Assembly (NCBI RefSeq): GCF_006345805.1
Contig: NC_042997.1
Coordinates: forward strand, 46,562,001 to 46,626,000
DNA length: 64,000 nt
Reading direction: 5' to 3'
Origin: Octopus sinensis
Taxonomy: Eukaryota
Shown here: positions 13,307 through 26,700 of the stretch, one piece after another
How the letters are laid out: each line of letters starts with the position of its first letter
Numbering within the stretch: position 1 is the first letter of the stretch
Translations under genes and position numbers: made by a program
The notes under the pieces: generated by a model
Database searches by the model: none
What the model was told of the DNA's origin: nothing
Seen by the model: the letters and a program-made list of their open reading frames with translations, nothing else

Positions 13307-13532
13307 CACGTATAAATATTTTTATATTACCAATATATATATAGTGAGGGATTATCAATCCGCGAAGAATATTTCATAAGCTCTCTGTTGGGACATCAGG
13401 CTAATAGTATTATTTCAATTAGTCAAAAAACTCCAAGTAATCTTTTGGTGGGTCCCAGGCTATGGTTCATCAAAATTCTATATTATAATTCCGCGGATGG
13501 GCTTCAGACAAACCGCTTCTTACACAGAGGGA

Positions 13533-13937
13533 TACTCTTTTACTCTTTTACTTGTTTCAGTCATTTGACTGCGGCCATGCTGGAGCACCGCCTTTAGTCG
13601 AGCAAATCGACCCCGGGACTTATTCTTTGTAAGCCCAGTACTTATTCTATCGGTCTCTTTTGCCGAACCGCTAAGTGACAGGGACGTAAACACACCAGCA
13701 TCGGTTGTCAAGCAATGCTAGGGGGACAAACACAGACACACAAATACACACACACATATATATATATATACATATATACGACAGGCTTCTTTCAGTTTCC
13801 GTCTACCAAATCCACTCACAAGGCATTGGTCGGCCCAGGGCTATAGCAGAAGACACTTGCCCAAGGTGCCACACAGTGGGACTAAACCCGGATCCATGTG
13901 GTTGGTTAGCAAGCTACTTACCACACAGCCACTCCTG
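13533..13937 (-). mobile_element. SINE family 1, full-length copy
   Basis: tRNA-like head with A box TGGCTGTGTGG and B-box-like GGTTTAGTCCC, CACCTTGGGCAAGTGTCTTC body, internal microsatellite, (GTAAAAGA)n tail. Confidence 0.92.
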
Positions 13938-14101
13938 AAACAAGTTAAAAATAATGGCTTTTACATATTACTTTATTGAAGTAATTTGGCTTACACCTGT
14001 TTCCAGTTGTCTTTATATGTACATTACTGATATGTTTACTCAATTGATCAATTGAAGTAAATTGAACGATCCAAGAAAATTAATGCTGCTTTCGTCAGAG
14101 C

Positions 14102-14134
<33 letters not shown>

Positions 14135-14688
14135 TATGTACGTATTTGTGTATATACCTTAAGGTTTATTTTATGCCAAAATATAAGAAAATTCTTATTT
14201 TAAAGCGAAAATCTCTAAGCACTTTTGTAGGCTAAACATTTATCATATTTTTTCAAGAAGTGTGGTAGCTAACAGTGACATCGAAGCTTCGGCCTCCTGA
14301 CCTTCATACCGTCATCCAACTCTAATGTCCGAAGATGGCTACTTGGCAAAAACTTCCAAATGTCTAATATCGCACTTTATTGTGAAAATACAATATATAT
14401 ATATATTTATACATAGATACATACATACATACATACATACATACATACATACATACATACATACATACACACACACATATATATATATAGGTATATACAT
14501 ACATACATACATACATACACACACACATATATATATATATAGGTATATACATACATACATACATACATACATACATACATACATGCATCGCGTCTGACCA
14601 CTGTCCGAAGTCAGGACGCCATGATAGATCGTTAGCTCCAACACGCATTTTTTCTCGCCTTGTTTCTCTCCTTGTTTTTTTCTGTGTA

Positions 14689-14726
14689 TCTTTCTGTCGA
14701 AGAGCGTAGGTTCGAAACGTAAAAGA
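14689..14726 (+). ncRNA. Minimal hammerhead-like motif with altered core
   Basis: TCTTT-CTGTCGA-A-GAGC(GTAG)GTTC-GAA-ACGT-A/AAAGA. Stems I and II and palindromic ACGT are present, but A6 is replaced by U and there is one extra A. Confidence 0.55.
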
Positions 14727-14887
14727 CTTTTTTCTATTCCAGAGCGCTATTCTAATACATTTGTTTGTTTATACTCCACCTGCATTCATCTTTTGTTTAT
14801 TTTCGTAAACTTTTCCCTTCTATATTATTATATTAATATATATCTATATATATATAATATTATATATATATATATAAACATATATAC

Positions 14888-14920
<33 letters not shown>

Positions 14921-15535
14921 CACAAATATATGTATATATAATATATTATATATTATTATACCCATTATATTTGCTGTACTGTGTGCAGAACAGAAATTAA
15001 ACATGAACGAAGAGACGTTTAAGTAAGTTCAACCGATAATTGATAGACATAGAAATAAAATACGGAGGTGAGACAATCAGAAGCTCGTGTAACGTTTCTT
15101 AAGTGTAAAGAAAATTAAACTAGTAGACAGGTCTATAGATTAAAAAAATATTCGTGTAGCAGATAATTAGATGATATATCGAGAGTTGGCAATATTTTGG
15201 CGGTGAGAGAAAAGAGTGCAATTATTTATATTTTTCCTTTTTATATCCTTGGTGAATAATTGCGCCATTGGTTACAGGTTTCCATTACACAACAATTACC
15301 ATCATTGGTGAAAAAGACCAAACCTTACACAGACGCACACACACCACACACACGTGTCACTGTGTGTGTGTGTGCATGCGTGTGCATGTGTTGGGTGTAT
15401 ATGTGTGCGTATCTGCGTATGTATGTCCTCTCTCTCTCTTCTATATATATTATATATATAATATGGATATATATTATTATATATATATATATATATATAC
15501 TATACATATCCTCTCATTATAATATATATAATATA

Positions 15536-15586
<51 letters not shown>

Positions 15587-15899
15587 TTAGTTAATGAGAG
15601 GATATGTTAACCTTTTACAGGGATGATTACATTCAAGAAAACACTGGTTCTATACCTTATGACTTGGGATATAAAATTTCTCTAAATCAACAGGTATACA
15701 TTAAGTATATAATCCGCATTAAATTAAGAGAAGAAAATGGAGAGATCGTGGTTAATATTAATATTTATTTATTAATAAATTGATAATCGTTTCTTCGTAC
15801 ATCAACTTGCACTTGTACTCATTGGATAAATTACAAATTTATGCATTAAATAACATTAACCACTAACTCTCCATTTTCTTCTCTTAATTTAACACACAC

Positions 15900-18800
15900 C
15901 ACAAAAATATTTCTACTGAACGTAGGAGGGCTGCTGCGCGGAAACTGTAAAAGGAAAATCTCATTCCTGAGAGACGTTGTGACATGCAATCAAGCTATAT
16001 GCATGGCACTCATAGAAACGCATCTTGAACCCGATATAGGTGATGCAGAAATACACATGCCGCAATATGCAGTCATACGCACAGATAGAAAAGGGAGGAG
16101 CCATGGTGGAGTTGCAATGTACATCCGAGATGACCTCACGCCCCAGGTCCTGTTGTCATATTCAAACTCAGTGTGTGAAACTCAAATTGTACACATAAGA
16201 CAACTGAATATCGTCATATGCACTACATATCGCCCATCAGATGCCCCAAATCATTCAGGCATGTTTGAAGACTGCCTACAAAATAGGAGAAGTCCTCACC
16301 AACCTTGAACAACACAACAGTGTATCTTCATGGGTGACTTTAACCTCCCCAATGTAGAATGGCCTGGGGGGCAGATGCTCCCAGGGATGAGACACCATCA
16401 GCAGGCACAACAAGATCCCTGCTCCATCTCACAAATGCCTCTTTCATGGAGCAAATAGTTCTGCAACCAACAAGGGCAGATAAATACTGGATCTCTGCTT
16501 CACAAACATATGGATATTATCCATAATGTTAATGTGATGCCGACAATGATCTCGGATCACAAAATAATAGAGCTGTCTATGTATGGACAAAAGCCCCCGC
16601 AGACACACAGCCTATACGAAGCACCCACCATCTCTCCAACTTAAACTTTCATAAAGCCAACTTGGAAGTCGATTGAGAAGAGATCCTCAAATAGGATTGG
16701 CCTGAATGTCTCTCCACACCGGACATAAACATGAAACACAAACACTTCATGTCCATAATACAAGCCATATGTGACAAATATGTCCCAATGTGCAGGCCAG
16801 CACACACAAGAACAAAATCAGGATCCCTAGAGAGAGGAGGATTCTTATGAGACGACGGACAAGGATTGCGAACCGCCTGAGCAAGCACACCAAAAGTGGT
16901 GCGAAGTCTCGGCTCGAGAGAATGCTAATGGAAATTGAGAAAAGTCTGCATCAGTCCCATGAAAAGGAGAGAGCAGATAAAGAAGCTTGGGTAATATAAA
17001 ATAAAATCAAACCTAAAGCTTTTCTTAAGTTTGTCAAAAAGACAGCCACAGTGCACCAGAGAATAGGACCTCTCTTCCAAAAGATGGCTTCTCACAGGAA
17101 TCCCACGAGGATAAGTGAAATACTGAACGAACAATTCCAAAGTGTGTTCCTACACCTCTAGGACACAGGCAAGTAAACAACCCAGAGAATTCTTTGCCAC
17201 ATTACCTGCGGCCAAAGAGGCAAAATTTGAGTACAATCAACATCGAAGATGATGATATCACACTAGCCATAGATGAGATTGACACAAACTCAGCTGCTGG
17301 ACCTGATGGATTCCCAGCGATTCTTCTCAAATCGTGCAAACGAGCCCTTGCAAAACCGCTACAGCTTCTTTTTCAGAGCTTTCTTGCAAGTGGTAAGCTC
17401 CAAGTCAAATTGAAAGAGGCGGTAATATGCCCTATCCATAAGGGAGGTAGCAGAGCAGATGCTAAAAATTATAGGCCCATCTCTCTGACCTCACACATCA
17501 GCAAAGTCATGGAACGAATAGTCCGTAAGAAACTAATCATGTTCCTTGAAGAAAATGAATTGCTGTCTGACACCCAGCATGGATTTCGACCAGGTAGAAG
17601 CTGCCTAACACAGCTCCTGCAACACTATGACTGGGTGTTGAAACAGCTACTAAATGTCTCAAATGTGGATGTAATATATCTCGACTTTGCAAAAGCCTTT
17701 GATAAAGTCGACCATGGTATGATCTGTCACAAACTGCGTGGTCTCGGCATAGGCGAAAAACTTGGAGAGTGGCTGCACAACTTCCTAAAAGACAGAAAAC
17801 AGGCATTTGTGAGCAATGGAGCCACCTCCAAGGTAACACAAATATCAAGCGGTGTCCCACAGGGCACTGTCTTGGGGCCACTGATGTTCATAGTGGCCTT
17901 TCAGACATGCCTTCAGTTGCTACGATGACCACCCTTGCTAGCTATGCAGATGACACAAAAGTCTCCCACGCAATACAAAACCCTGAAAATATTGCGCATC
18001 TGCAACAGGAGTTGGACACAATATACAGGTGGGCTGAGGACAAAACATGCAGTTAATGCAGGTAAGTCCAGGTCCTGCGCTACTGGCACACACAAGGTAA
18101 ACGACGTGCAGACTGGATACACTGGCCCAGGAGAATTGCAATCCCTGAATCAAAATCAGTGCGTGACCTGGGCATTGACATGAGCAATGATGTATCTTTC
18201 TAAGTGCATATTGCTAATCTGGTGATAAAATGCAGACGGCTAGCTGATGGATTCTCCGAACTTTCAGAACAAGAGAGAAGGAGACACTGAGGTCCTATGG
18301 AAAACATTCGTCCTCAGCCGCTTGGACTACTGCTCCCAACTATGGTCACCACACAATATAAAACTAACAGCAGAACTCGAAGCAATTCAGAGAAGCTACA
18401 CAAAGAAAATCGTCTCAATGCAAAATATCAGCTACTGGGAAAGACTGAAGGTATTAAACCTCTTCTCCCTAGAGCGGAGGCGGGAGAGATATGCGGTGAT
18501 ATACATCTGGAAAATCCTGGAGGGTCTTGTCCCAAACTTTGGCATTCAAAGTTACCCCACTGCATGGTGCCAAAGATTCCAACATCACCATCAAAATACA
18601 GGTCCAGATACTGCAACAGCTTGGGGTTTTAGAGGACCACAGCTCTTTAACATCCTCCCTAAATGCCTGAGAGACTTACATGGTGTGGATGTGGGTTTCT
18701 TTAAAACTAAATTGGATCTCTTCTAGTCGGGAGTCCCAGATGGACCTACCAGACGACAGGAGACGCAGATGCGGGCAGCAGCGTCGAACTCCCTTGTTGA

Positions 18801-18917
18801 TCAAGTGCTACGTATCAGAGGTGGATTCACATATTAGTGTAGCTCATTCAGCGGTGGTGCCCCAGCATGGCCGTGGCCTCCGGGCTAAAACATTTTTAAG
18901 GATTTAAGGATTTAAGG

Positions 18918-18920
<3 letters not shown>
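15900..18920 (+). pseudogene. CR1-group LINE ORF2 (APE endonuclease + reverse transcriptase), frameshifted, with 3' end
   Basis: EN motifs ALIETHL, DRKGRSHGGVA, YRP, GDFNLP, SDH; RT motifs NYRPISLTS, QHGFRPGRSC, YLDFAKAFDKV, GVPQGTVLGP, YADDTK, YWERLKVLNLFSLERRRERY; ends in an (ATTTAAGG)3 tail. Confidence 0.95.
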
Positions 18921-18989
<69 letters not shown>

Positions 18990-19185
18990 AATTAGTAAAA
19001 ATGGCACAACTAAGTACCGATATTTACTGGAAATAGCGAACCTAAAAATACGACGCTAATGTGTAGCTTCACCGCGTATGTATTAGCAAAAATGCGTGTG
19101 GTGCAACAAATTAGAGAAAAAAAACCGTCTTACCTCCCCTCCAGGGAGAACATCTGAAAGATGAAACACCCGGAAAAGGATAACG

Positions 19186-19255
19186 TGGGACCTGCAGGTT
19201 TCAGGTTTTACAAGATATGTCTCTCACCCATATTTTGTTTTACCTTCATCAGCCA
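19186..19255 (-). ncRNA. Type I hammerhead, canonical core (copy 1)
   Basis: TGG-CTGATGA-AGGT...ACCT-GAA-ACCTGCAGGT-C/CCA. Stem II extends AGGT/ACCT, ACAA/TTGT, ATATG/CATAT. Confidence 0.88.
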
Positions 19256-19613
19256 AACATATACCAAGACGAAATCTACGATGTTACCACATTAATACTA
19301 CACACTCGACTGAAATGCGGAACGCTAACAGTACGAGTACATATATAACTATATATATATGTATATATATTATATATATATATATAAATAATATATATAT
19401 ATATATCATATATACAAATTAGTAAATAAATGGCACAACTAAGTACCGATATTTACTGGAAATAGCGAACCTAAAAATACGACGCTAATGTGTAGCTTCA
19501 CCACCGCGTATGTATTAGCAAAAATGCGTGTGTGCAACAAATTAGAGAAAAAAAACCGTCTTAACCTCCAGGGAGAACATCTGAAAGATGAAACACACCC
19601 GGAAAAGGATACG

Positions 19614-19681
19614 TGGGACCTGCAGGTTTCAGGTTTTACAAGATTGTCTTCACCCATATTTTGTTTTACCTTCATCAGCCA
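19614..19681 (-). ncRNA. Type I hammerhead, canonical core (copy 2)
   Basis: Same core, stem I, basal stem II and palindromic ACCTGCAGGT stem III as copy 1. Confidence 0.88.
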
Positions 19682-19798
19682 AACATATACCAAGACGAAA
19701 TCTACGATGTTACCACATTAATACTAACACACTCGACTGAAATGCGGAACGCTAACAGTACGAGTACATATATAACTATATATAATATAATATCGTAT

Positions 19799-19834
<36 letters not shown>

Positions 19835-19838
19835 GGCT

Positions 19839-19873
<35 letters not shown>

Positions 19874-20264
19874 GAAGGAGAGAGAGAAAGAATGATAAGG
19901 TAGTCAGAATGTTGGATGATTATATATACATATATACTTCAGGTTTCGTTGAAAGAAAGATCTGCTTTTTCGTTCTTTTGCATAAATCGACGAAAAATCT
20001 AAAACTGACAAAAATGTAGAACTTGTTATTTCATAACGGTCTACTATAATATACTGATTAAAAAGAACGTATTATATTACACTAAAATTTGAATATAGTA
20101 CATTAAAGTCAATGACGCAAGCTAGAGTTATCCTCGAAAAACCACGTGGTTACAAGTCGTACTTTTATTTGCAGCCGAATGTAAAAAGCAAAAAAGAATT
20201 GTTTTTAAAAGAAAACCTCGTACAAGAACAAGGATTTGGAATTTCACCTCTTGCGAATAAATGT

Positions 20265-22445
20265 CCTTTTCATTGACATGAAGCTAGAATGTTTCATGTC
20301 TGTTGTGCAAGCCATATGCCAGAAATATGTCACAAAGTAAAAATACGAACAAGATTCTAAGGGAGAGGAAGATCTTCATGAGACGACAGACGAAGGTTGC
20401 AAATCGACTAAACCAACACTTCCCAAAAGTAGCGAAAGGTCCAGTGTAAAAACATCACTGATGGAGATTGACAAAAAGGCTGCAATAATCCTATGTGAGG
20501 GAGAAAGCAGACAAAGAAACCTGGGTTATAAAAAACATTAAGTCAAAGCCAAAGGCCTTCTTTCATTACGCGAAAGAAACAGCCTCAACGTTGCAAGATA
20601 GGACCACTCTTCCAAAAGGATGGCTCCCTCACAGACAGTCCAACCAGAATCAGTGAGGTACTGAATGACCAGTTCAAAAGTGTCTTTATCACTCCGTTGG
20701 AACACAGACAACTGAACGAACCAGTGGACTTTTTTGCTGCCTCACCTAAAGGCAACGAGGCAGTTACAATGGAATACATCGACATTAGCGACGAAGATAT
20801 ACTATTAGCCATAGATGAAGTGGACACAACCTCAACTACTGGTCCTGGCAGTTTCCCCAACAATCCTCTTCAAATCATGTAAGCATGCCCTAGCAACACC
20901 CCTCAAGATTCTCTTCCAGAGCTTTCTTGCAAATGGCAGACTGTCAAGCAATCTGAAGGAGGGAATAATATGCCCAATACATAAAGGGAGAAGTAGAGCA
21001 GATGCAAAAAACTATAGGCCTATCTCTCTGACTTCACACATCAGCAAAGTCATAGAAGGGGTAGTCAGAGGGAATCTAATCGCATTCCTTGAAGAAAATA
21101 ACTTGCGGAGTGATACCCAGCATGGCTTTCGACCAGGTAGGAGCTGCCTGACCCAGCTCTTACAACATTATGACTGGGCGTTGAGGCAGTTACTCAACAA
21201 CTCAAATGTGGACGTAATCTACCTTGATTTTGCAAAAGCTTCTGACGAGGTGCATCATTGTATGACATGCCACAAACTGCATGATCTTGGCATAGCTGGA
21301 AAACTTGGAGAGTGGTTACATGACTTTCTGAAAGATAGAAGTCAGGCAGTAGTGGCTAATGGAGCCACCTCTATGAAAATACAAATAGTGAGAGGTGTTC
21401 CACAGGGCACTGTCTTGGGACCACTCCTTTTTTATAGTGACCCTGTCAGATATGCCCCCAGGTGCATGCATAGCCACCCTTGTAAGCTACGCAGACGATA
21501 CGAAAGTCTCGCAGAAAATACAGAACCCCAGCGATGTTATTCATCTGCAGCAAGAGTTGGACTCAATTTACAGATAAGCTGAGGATAATAATATGCAGTT
21601 CTTTCCTGAAAACTTCCAAGCCCAGCGCTACCAGCGTCCAAAACTGGATATGAAACTTACAGGGTACACTGGTCCACAGGGAATTTCAATCCCAGAGCCT
21701 AAATCAGTGAGGGACCTGGGTATCGACATGACTGATGATACCTCTTTCCAAGTGCACGTTACCAGGATGGCGACAAAGTGCAAACGACTGGCTGGATTGA
21801 TCCTGAGAACATTCACAACCAGACCTAAGGAAACCATGATGGTTCCCTGGAGGACATTTGTCCTTAGCTGCCTGGGTTACTGCTCACAGCTATGGTCACC
21901 CGCCAGTATGAAATTAACAGCACGCCTTGAAACAATCCAGAGAAGATTCACAAAAAGATCGTCTCTTTGCAATAGTTCAGCTACTGGGAAAAGCTGAAAC
22001 AGCTAAGGTTCTACTCTCTGGAGAGAAGGCGGGAGAGGTGTGTAGTAATATACATCTGGAAGATCCTGGAAGGAATTGTGCCAAATTTTGGCATTGAAAG
22101 CTACACGAATGCCAGAACGAGAAGACACTGCATAGTGCCAAAGATCCAAGGAACATCATCGCGCTTCAGGACCAGTTACTGCAACAACCTTTTAATATTC
22201 TCCCAAACAGCCTGAGGAACCTGCACAATGTATATCTAGGCGTTTTTAAATCAAACCTGGACCTCTTCCTGTCGGGAGTCCCAGATCAACCTACTTCACG
22301 GTAAGAGGTGCAAATGAGGGTAGCTACATCATACTCCATTCTTTACCAAATTCCACATATTGGAGGAGCTCTCAGTAATAACAGTGTAGCAAAACGGCGG
22401 TGCATCAGTATGGCCGCAGCTCTGTGCTGAAACTACAGAAAAAAA
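20265..22445 (+). pseudogene. Second CR1-group LINE, 5'-truncated and decayed, related to the 15.9-kb copy
   Basis: RT motifs in ORFs 20815..21582, 21395..21577 and 21593..21997 (KNYRPISLTSHISK, QHGFRPGRSCLTQLL, GVPQGTVLGP, YADDTK); 3' end GGCGGTGCATCAGTATGGCCGCAGC. Confidence 0.93.
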
Positions 22446-22608
22446 AACATTTTTAGTTATTTACATTTTTATTTACACTTTTAGCGCTCATAACTTATAA
22501 ATGCAATTTAATACATAAATAAAATGTAAATAAAAAAAATACATGATCATCTAACGTTCTGACTACCTTATTAATCTAAATATACAATATCTGTACATTA
22601 CTTCAAAA

Positions 22609-22737
<129 letters not shown>

Positions 22738-22771
22738 CAAAGTGAAGCTGTAAAGTACCGCTCGAGTGGAA

Positions 22772-22836
22772 ATATATATGAAAGAAGGTTTGAAAATGCA
22801 ATTTAAACATCTTTAAAATTGCATTTTCAAACCTTC

Positions 22837-22848
<12 letters not shown>
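22772..22848. repeat. Near-perfect DNA palindrome/hairpin
   Basis: ATATATATGAAAGAAGGTTTGAAAATGCAATTT...AAATTGCATTTTCAAACCTTCTTTCATATATAT, ~35-bp arms with a few-nt loop. Confidence 0.9.
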
Positions 22849-22929
<81 letters not shown>

Positions 22930-22962
22930 TAGATATAGATAGATAGATAGATAGATAGATAG

Positions 22963-23004
<42 letters not shown>

Positions 23005-23661
23005 TGTGTGTGTGAGGGCGTGCCTTGAATATTAATTTTGTGTAGACTGCGATATCCGCCCGCAGACCACTAGTAGCTACTTTAATTTATGTCAGCAATT
23101 CTAAGCGCTCATGTTGCCGCCTTGGTGTAGTGGTTAGCACAATTGTATGGTTTATACAACTCAATAGACGTGGCGTTCCAATCCATCCGGTGAATGACGT
23201 TACAAACCTTGCCATAGCCTATTTCGAATTTGGCGTGTATCAAATTCTGATGCCTGTGTATTATTTATGAACCAAGTTATGGTAGGGAATATGCTTGCTG
23301 AAAACGCTGAACATTAGACAGCCTTGTAGCTTCAAATATTATTTACGTAGCTATGAATATATCATACCGAATGTATGTACACCACTGAGTGGCCAGTTAC
23401 TGCGGCATTTTTTCTGAGATAGCGTATCTTATTGTGCGTGCTCTGTTAAAAATTATAATGGGAGACAAAAATTCATATCATCGGTGGCCAGTGAGAATTC
23501 CAGATGCATTTCAACTGTATACCGAATTATATTCACCCGGAAGGCTATTCCCAAGATAGATAATTTAATGTAACCTTTCTTTAATTGTGTATATCGGAAT
23601 AATATTTATGTATTTTCAGAACCAGAAGATGCCAGAGATAGAGGTAGATAGAGAAAGGGAG

Positions 23662-23705
<44 letters not shown>

Positions 23706-26700
23706 AGAAGCCATTCAATATTATTTGTATTTCTGTAAATGAACTAAGCAACATAAATAGGATTACCTGTTCACGAATGAAAACAGAATCTCTGTTGCAC
23801 AATTGGTTTGCTTGAATATTAATAATTCTGGCTCTCAAACCAATATTTTAATCTCTCGCAGTTCCTAGGTCATCTTTTAGAAAGGGCATAATACCACCTC
23901 ACACATTGTGGAGGATTTAGCGTTATGAAAGTGTTGTAGTTTGTTCCACAATATTCTCCTTCCTTTCTGCGAGTTTAGCTTTTCGTCCCTTTTTTACATT
24001 TTCGTTTTTTTTCTTCTTTCTCCTCACTCTTTTCTTTCCTCTGTTTGTTAATTTCTTTCTTTTCGAATCCATTTCGAAATCCTTTCCGTTCTGTCTTTTT
24101 CTCTTCTTTCCTCATTCATTTTGACATTTTCCTCTTGCTAAGATTATTTCCGTTGTTTATAGCATGTGTTGTAGCAATTCTTGCGGTTGTTGCGTTGCCC
24201 TGGTTTAGATAGGAATCGACGTATGACACGGTGGGTTTTGGTCAAACACACTGCAACAATGCACAGGCTCAGCATTGAAATATGCCTTGAATATCTGTTC
24301 ATACATTTACTATTGTCATGTAACTATAACTTTTGATGTACTTACTGTTGTGGAAGAGTACGAAAAGATGAACCGATAGTGTGTGTTGCAGCGTAGAAAT
24401 GGGTGGTTGAGATCTTATCTCTAATGTTACTTATATTCGAGGCCAAGTTTCCTAACTCACCATGTTTCAGTCAATTTAACTCTAAAACGTACTACACTCA
24501 ACATAATTCTCTGCTGTAACCGGTATTAGTTGAGATCTTTTCAGTTAACGTTTTCAACCCTGCTCATAATTTTTCCATAACTGATCAATTAATGACAGAT
24601 AAGTAATATGATTAATTTCCATGGCCTGTATATTTCTTCCCTGCGTATTTCTGCTCCGGTGCCTTGCTATCAAAGTTAATATAGAGAACAGCTTAAACAT
24701 TAGAACGTCGATTGTTGTAATCTGTTACTTTACAATTTACTGTATGTTGCTCAATAACTTATCGCTATAATGTTAATCTGCCGTGTAGACTATTACACCA
24801 TCTTTCATATTTCTGTGTTAGTAACAACAATGTACCTGAAATATACGGATTCCTCATCAAGGTAGTGTCTATTATTGTAAGTACTGACAGTCAGCAGAAC
24901 TGCCATTAGATACAGATGATGAAATGATAATTTAAGAAAGAATATTTGTCTTCAAAGTTCTTAATGCGTAATTTAGTTCTAATAGAAACAGGTAAATAAA
25001 TGAGAAATAATGCTGGAAAATCAAGGTATATCCATCATCTATCATTTGTAATATTATCTGAGTAATGAAGGGGCTTCTTCGTCGTCACTCAAAATTTTAT
25101 AAATCTAACGAAATCTATTTCAAATGTTATCCAACGTTTTTGAGGATGAGGAAAACAGTGGAGAACGTTGTTTTAGATAAAATATAAGGGGTAAAAAAAA
25201 GATAAAAATTGAGATGATGTCAACAAGAACACTTTTGCTTATAGAGGGTTTTGACCAGAGCTGCTTTTGAGGTAAAAATAACAACATATGTCATGTTTTT
25301 GGGAAGGGTGGGAAAATAAATAGAAAAGGTGATGGCAGGAATAGAGGAACGATTGGTCAATGATAAAATGACTTGGATCAGCAGTCTGTTTGAACACAGG
25401 CTAAATATTACCTACAGCACCAGCGACTATAGTTCTTTCTTTGAAACTGATCTTATTTTGTATTTTTGTTACTACAATGCATAGCGAAAGAGTAGTTTAG
25501 AGTGAACGCATAAAAGATGGAAATCGAGTTGACATTTCAATTATTTAAGTCGAACCAGGGTAAGTTCAAACCCTATGTTAATAGTTATGAATCTAGCTAT
25601 TCCTAGTTTTAAAAGCTGTATAATGAGCTTCTCAATACTCTCTTGTCGTGTTAAAGTCTGTGCAAATACATAAAAAAAAGATAAATTCTTCATGAGAAGT
25701 AAAACTTCCTATCTCAAAATATGTCGACAACAACAACAAAAGTTATCGAAAATTTCGAAACAGAATATTTAAAGATTTTATGAAAAATTATTATTGTCAC
25801 TACATGGAGAAACGCCAAAGAAAACCACAATTAGAACGGGCAGTTGCCAATTTTATTACTATTTAAGAGTCTGTCGGTTGTAAATACTTTAAAACCAATT
25901 TGCTAATTTTCTCTGATTCCACTTGCTAAAAAAAATTCCTATGCTTCATGCTAAAACTATGCTTTTGGGAAGTCTATTCCAAATCTCGACTGATCTTTTT
26001 ATGAAAGCAAAAAAACAAGAAAAAAACAAAAAAAAAACAAACAAACAAAAAGTTTTTGTAGCATTAAAATTGCATGCTAACACTAAAATTTTATTTCTTT
26101 TGTTTTATTGTAAGATTATTGTTTTAAACAGACACTAAATTTTTAAAATATAATTAGTTTAAAATTTTCAAAATAAGGGTCAATTCTGTTTTTATTCTGC
26201 AAAACGCTGGGGAGTCGATTTTCAATTCGGACATTTGCTGATTGTAATTTATATCTCGTCTTTGGGGAGTTGATTTTCTGCGTGCAAATACTCTTTGCAC
26301 AGATTCTATTTAATCAATATGATTTTTATACTGATGTGTAACCGTAATTGAAAGAAATCCCGAAGAGAATAGACAGACGTTATTGATAATGTGTCGTAAT
26401 CACATTCAAAAGCCTAGTCTTCAGTTTCATGATTGTACTATTATTAAGTTCTTACAATTTCACAAGTCCAAACATCTCTAAAAGAAGGTGTGGATTGGAC
26501 CAACCTCAGTATAAAACTGGTGGTTATTTTATTAACTTCTAAATAATGAAATGAAAAACCAACACCAGTGGGATTTAAGGTGAAAACAGGAATATTTGGA
26601 CCGAAATTCTGATATTCGACTACTTTTAACATTATTAACCCTTATAAGAACTACTCAAAAAGTGGTGAATTTATCAGGTGTTGGTTGTAAAATATCACGA

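Larger units (their letters stand above)
18985..19790 (-). mobile_element. Tandem dimer of a ~428-bp hammerhead-bearing unit
   Basis: Two similar direct copies (~18985-19350 and ~19412-19780) separated by (TA)n, each containing one minus-strand hammerhead. Confidence 0.8.

Noticed and set aside
15770-15830. Hammerhead remnant inside the 15718-15893 inverted repeat
   Set aside because: Stem II (GTACA/TGTAC) is present, but the core is CCAATGA, GAA is duplicated and stem I fails; too decayed to call.
24130-24303. 53-aa minus-strand ORF MNRYSRHISMLSLCIVAVCL...CYNTCYKQRK
   Set aside because: It is short, with no splice or homology support; expected by chance.
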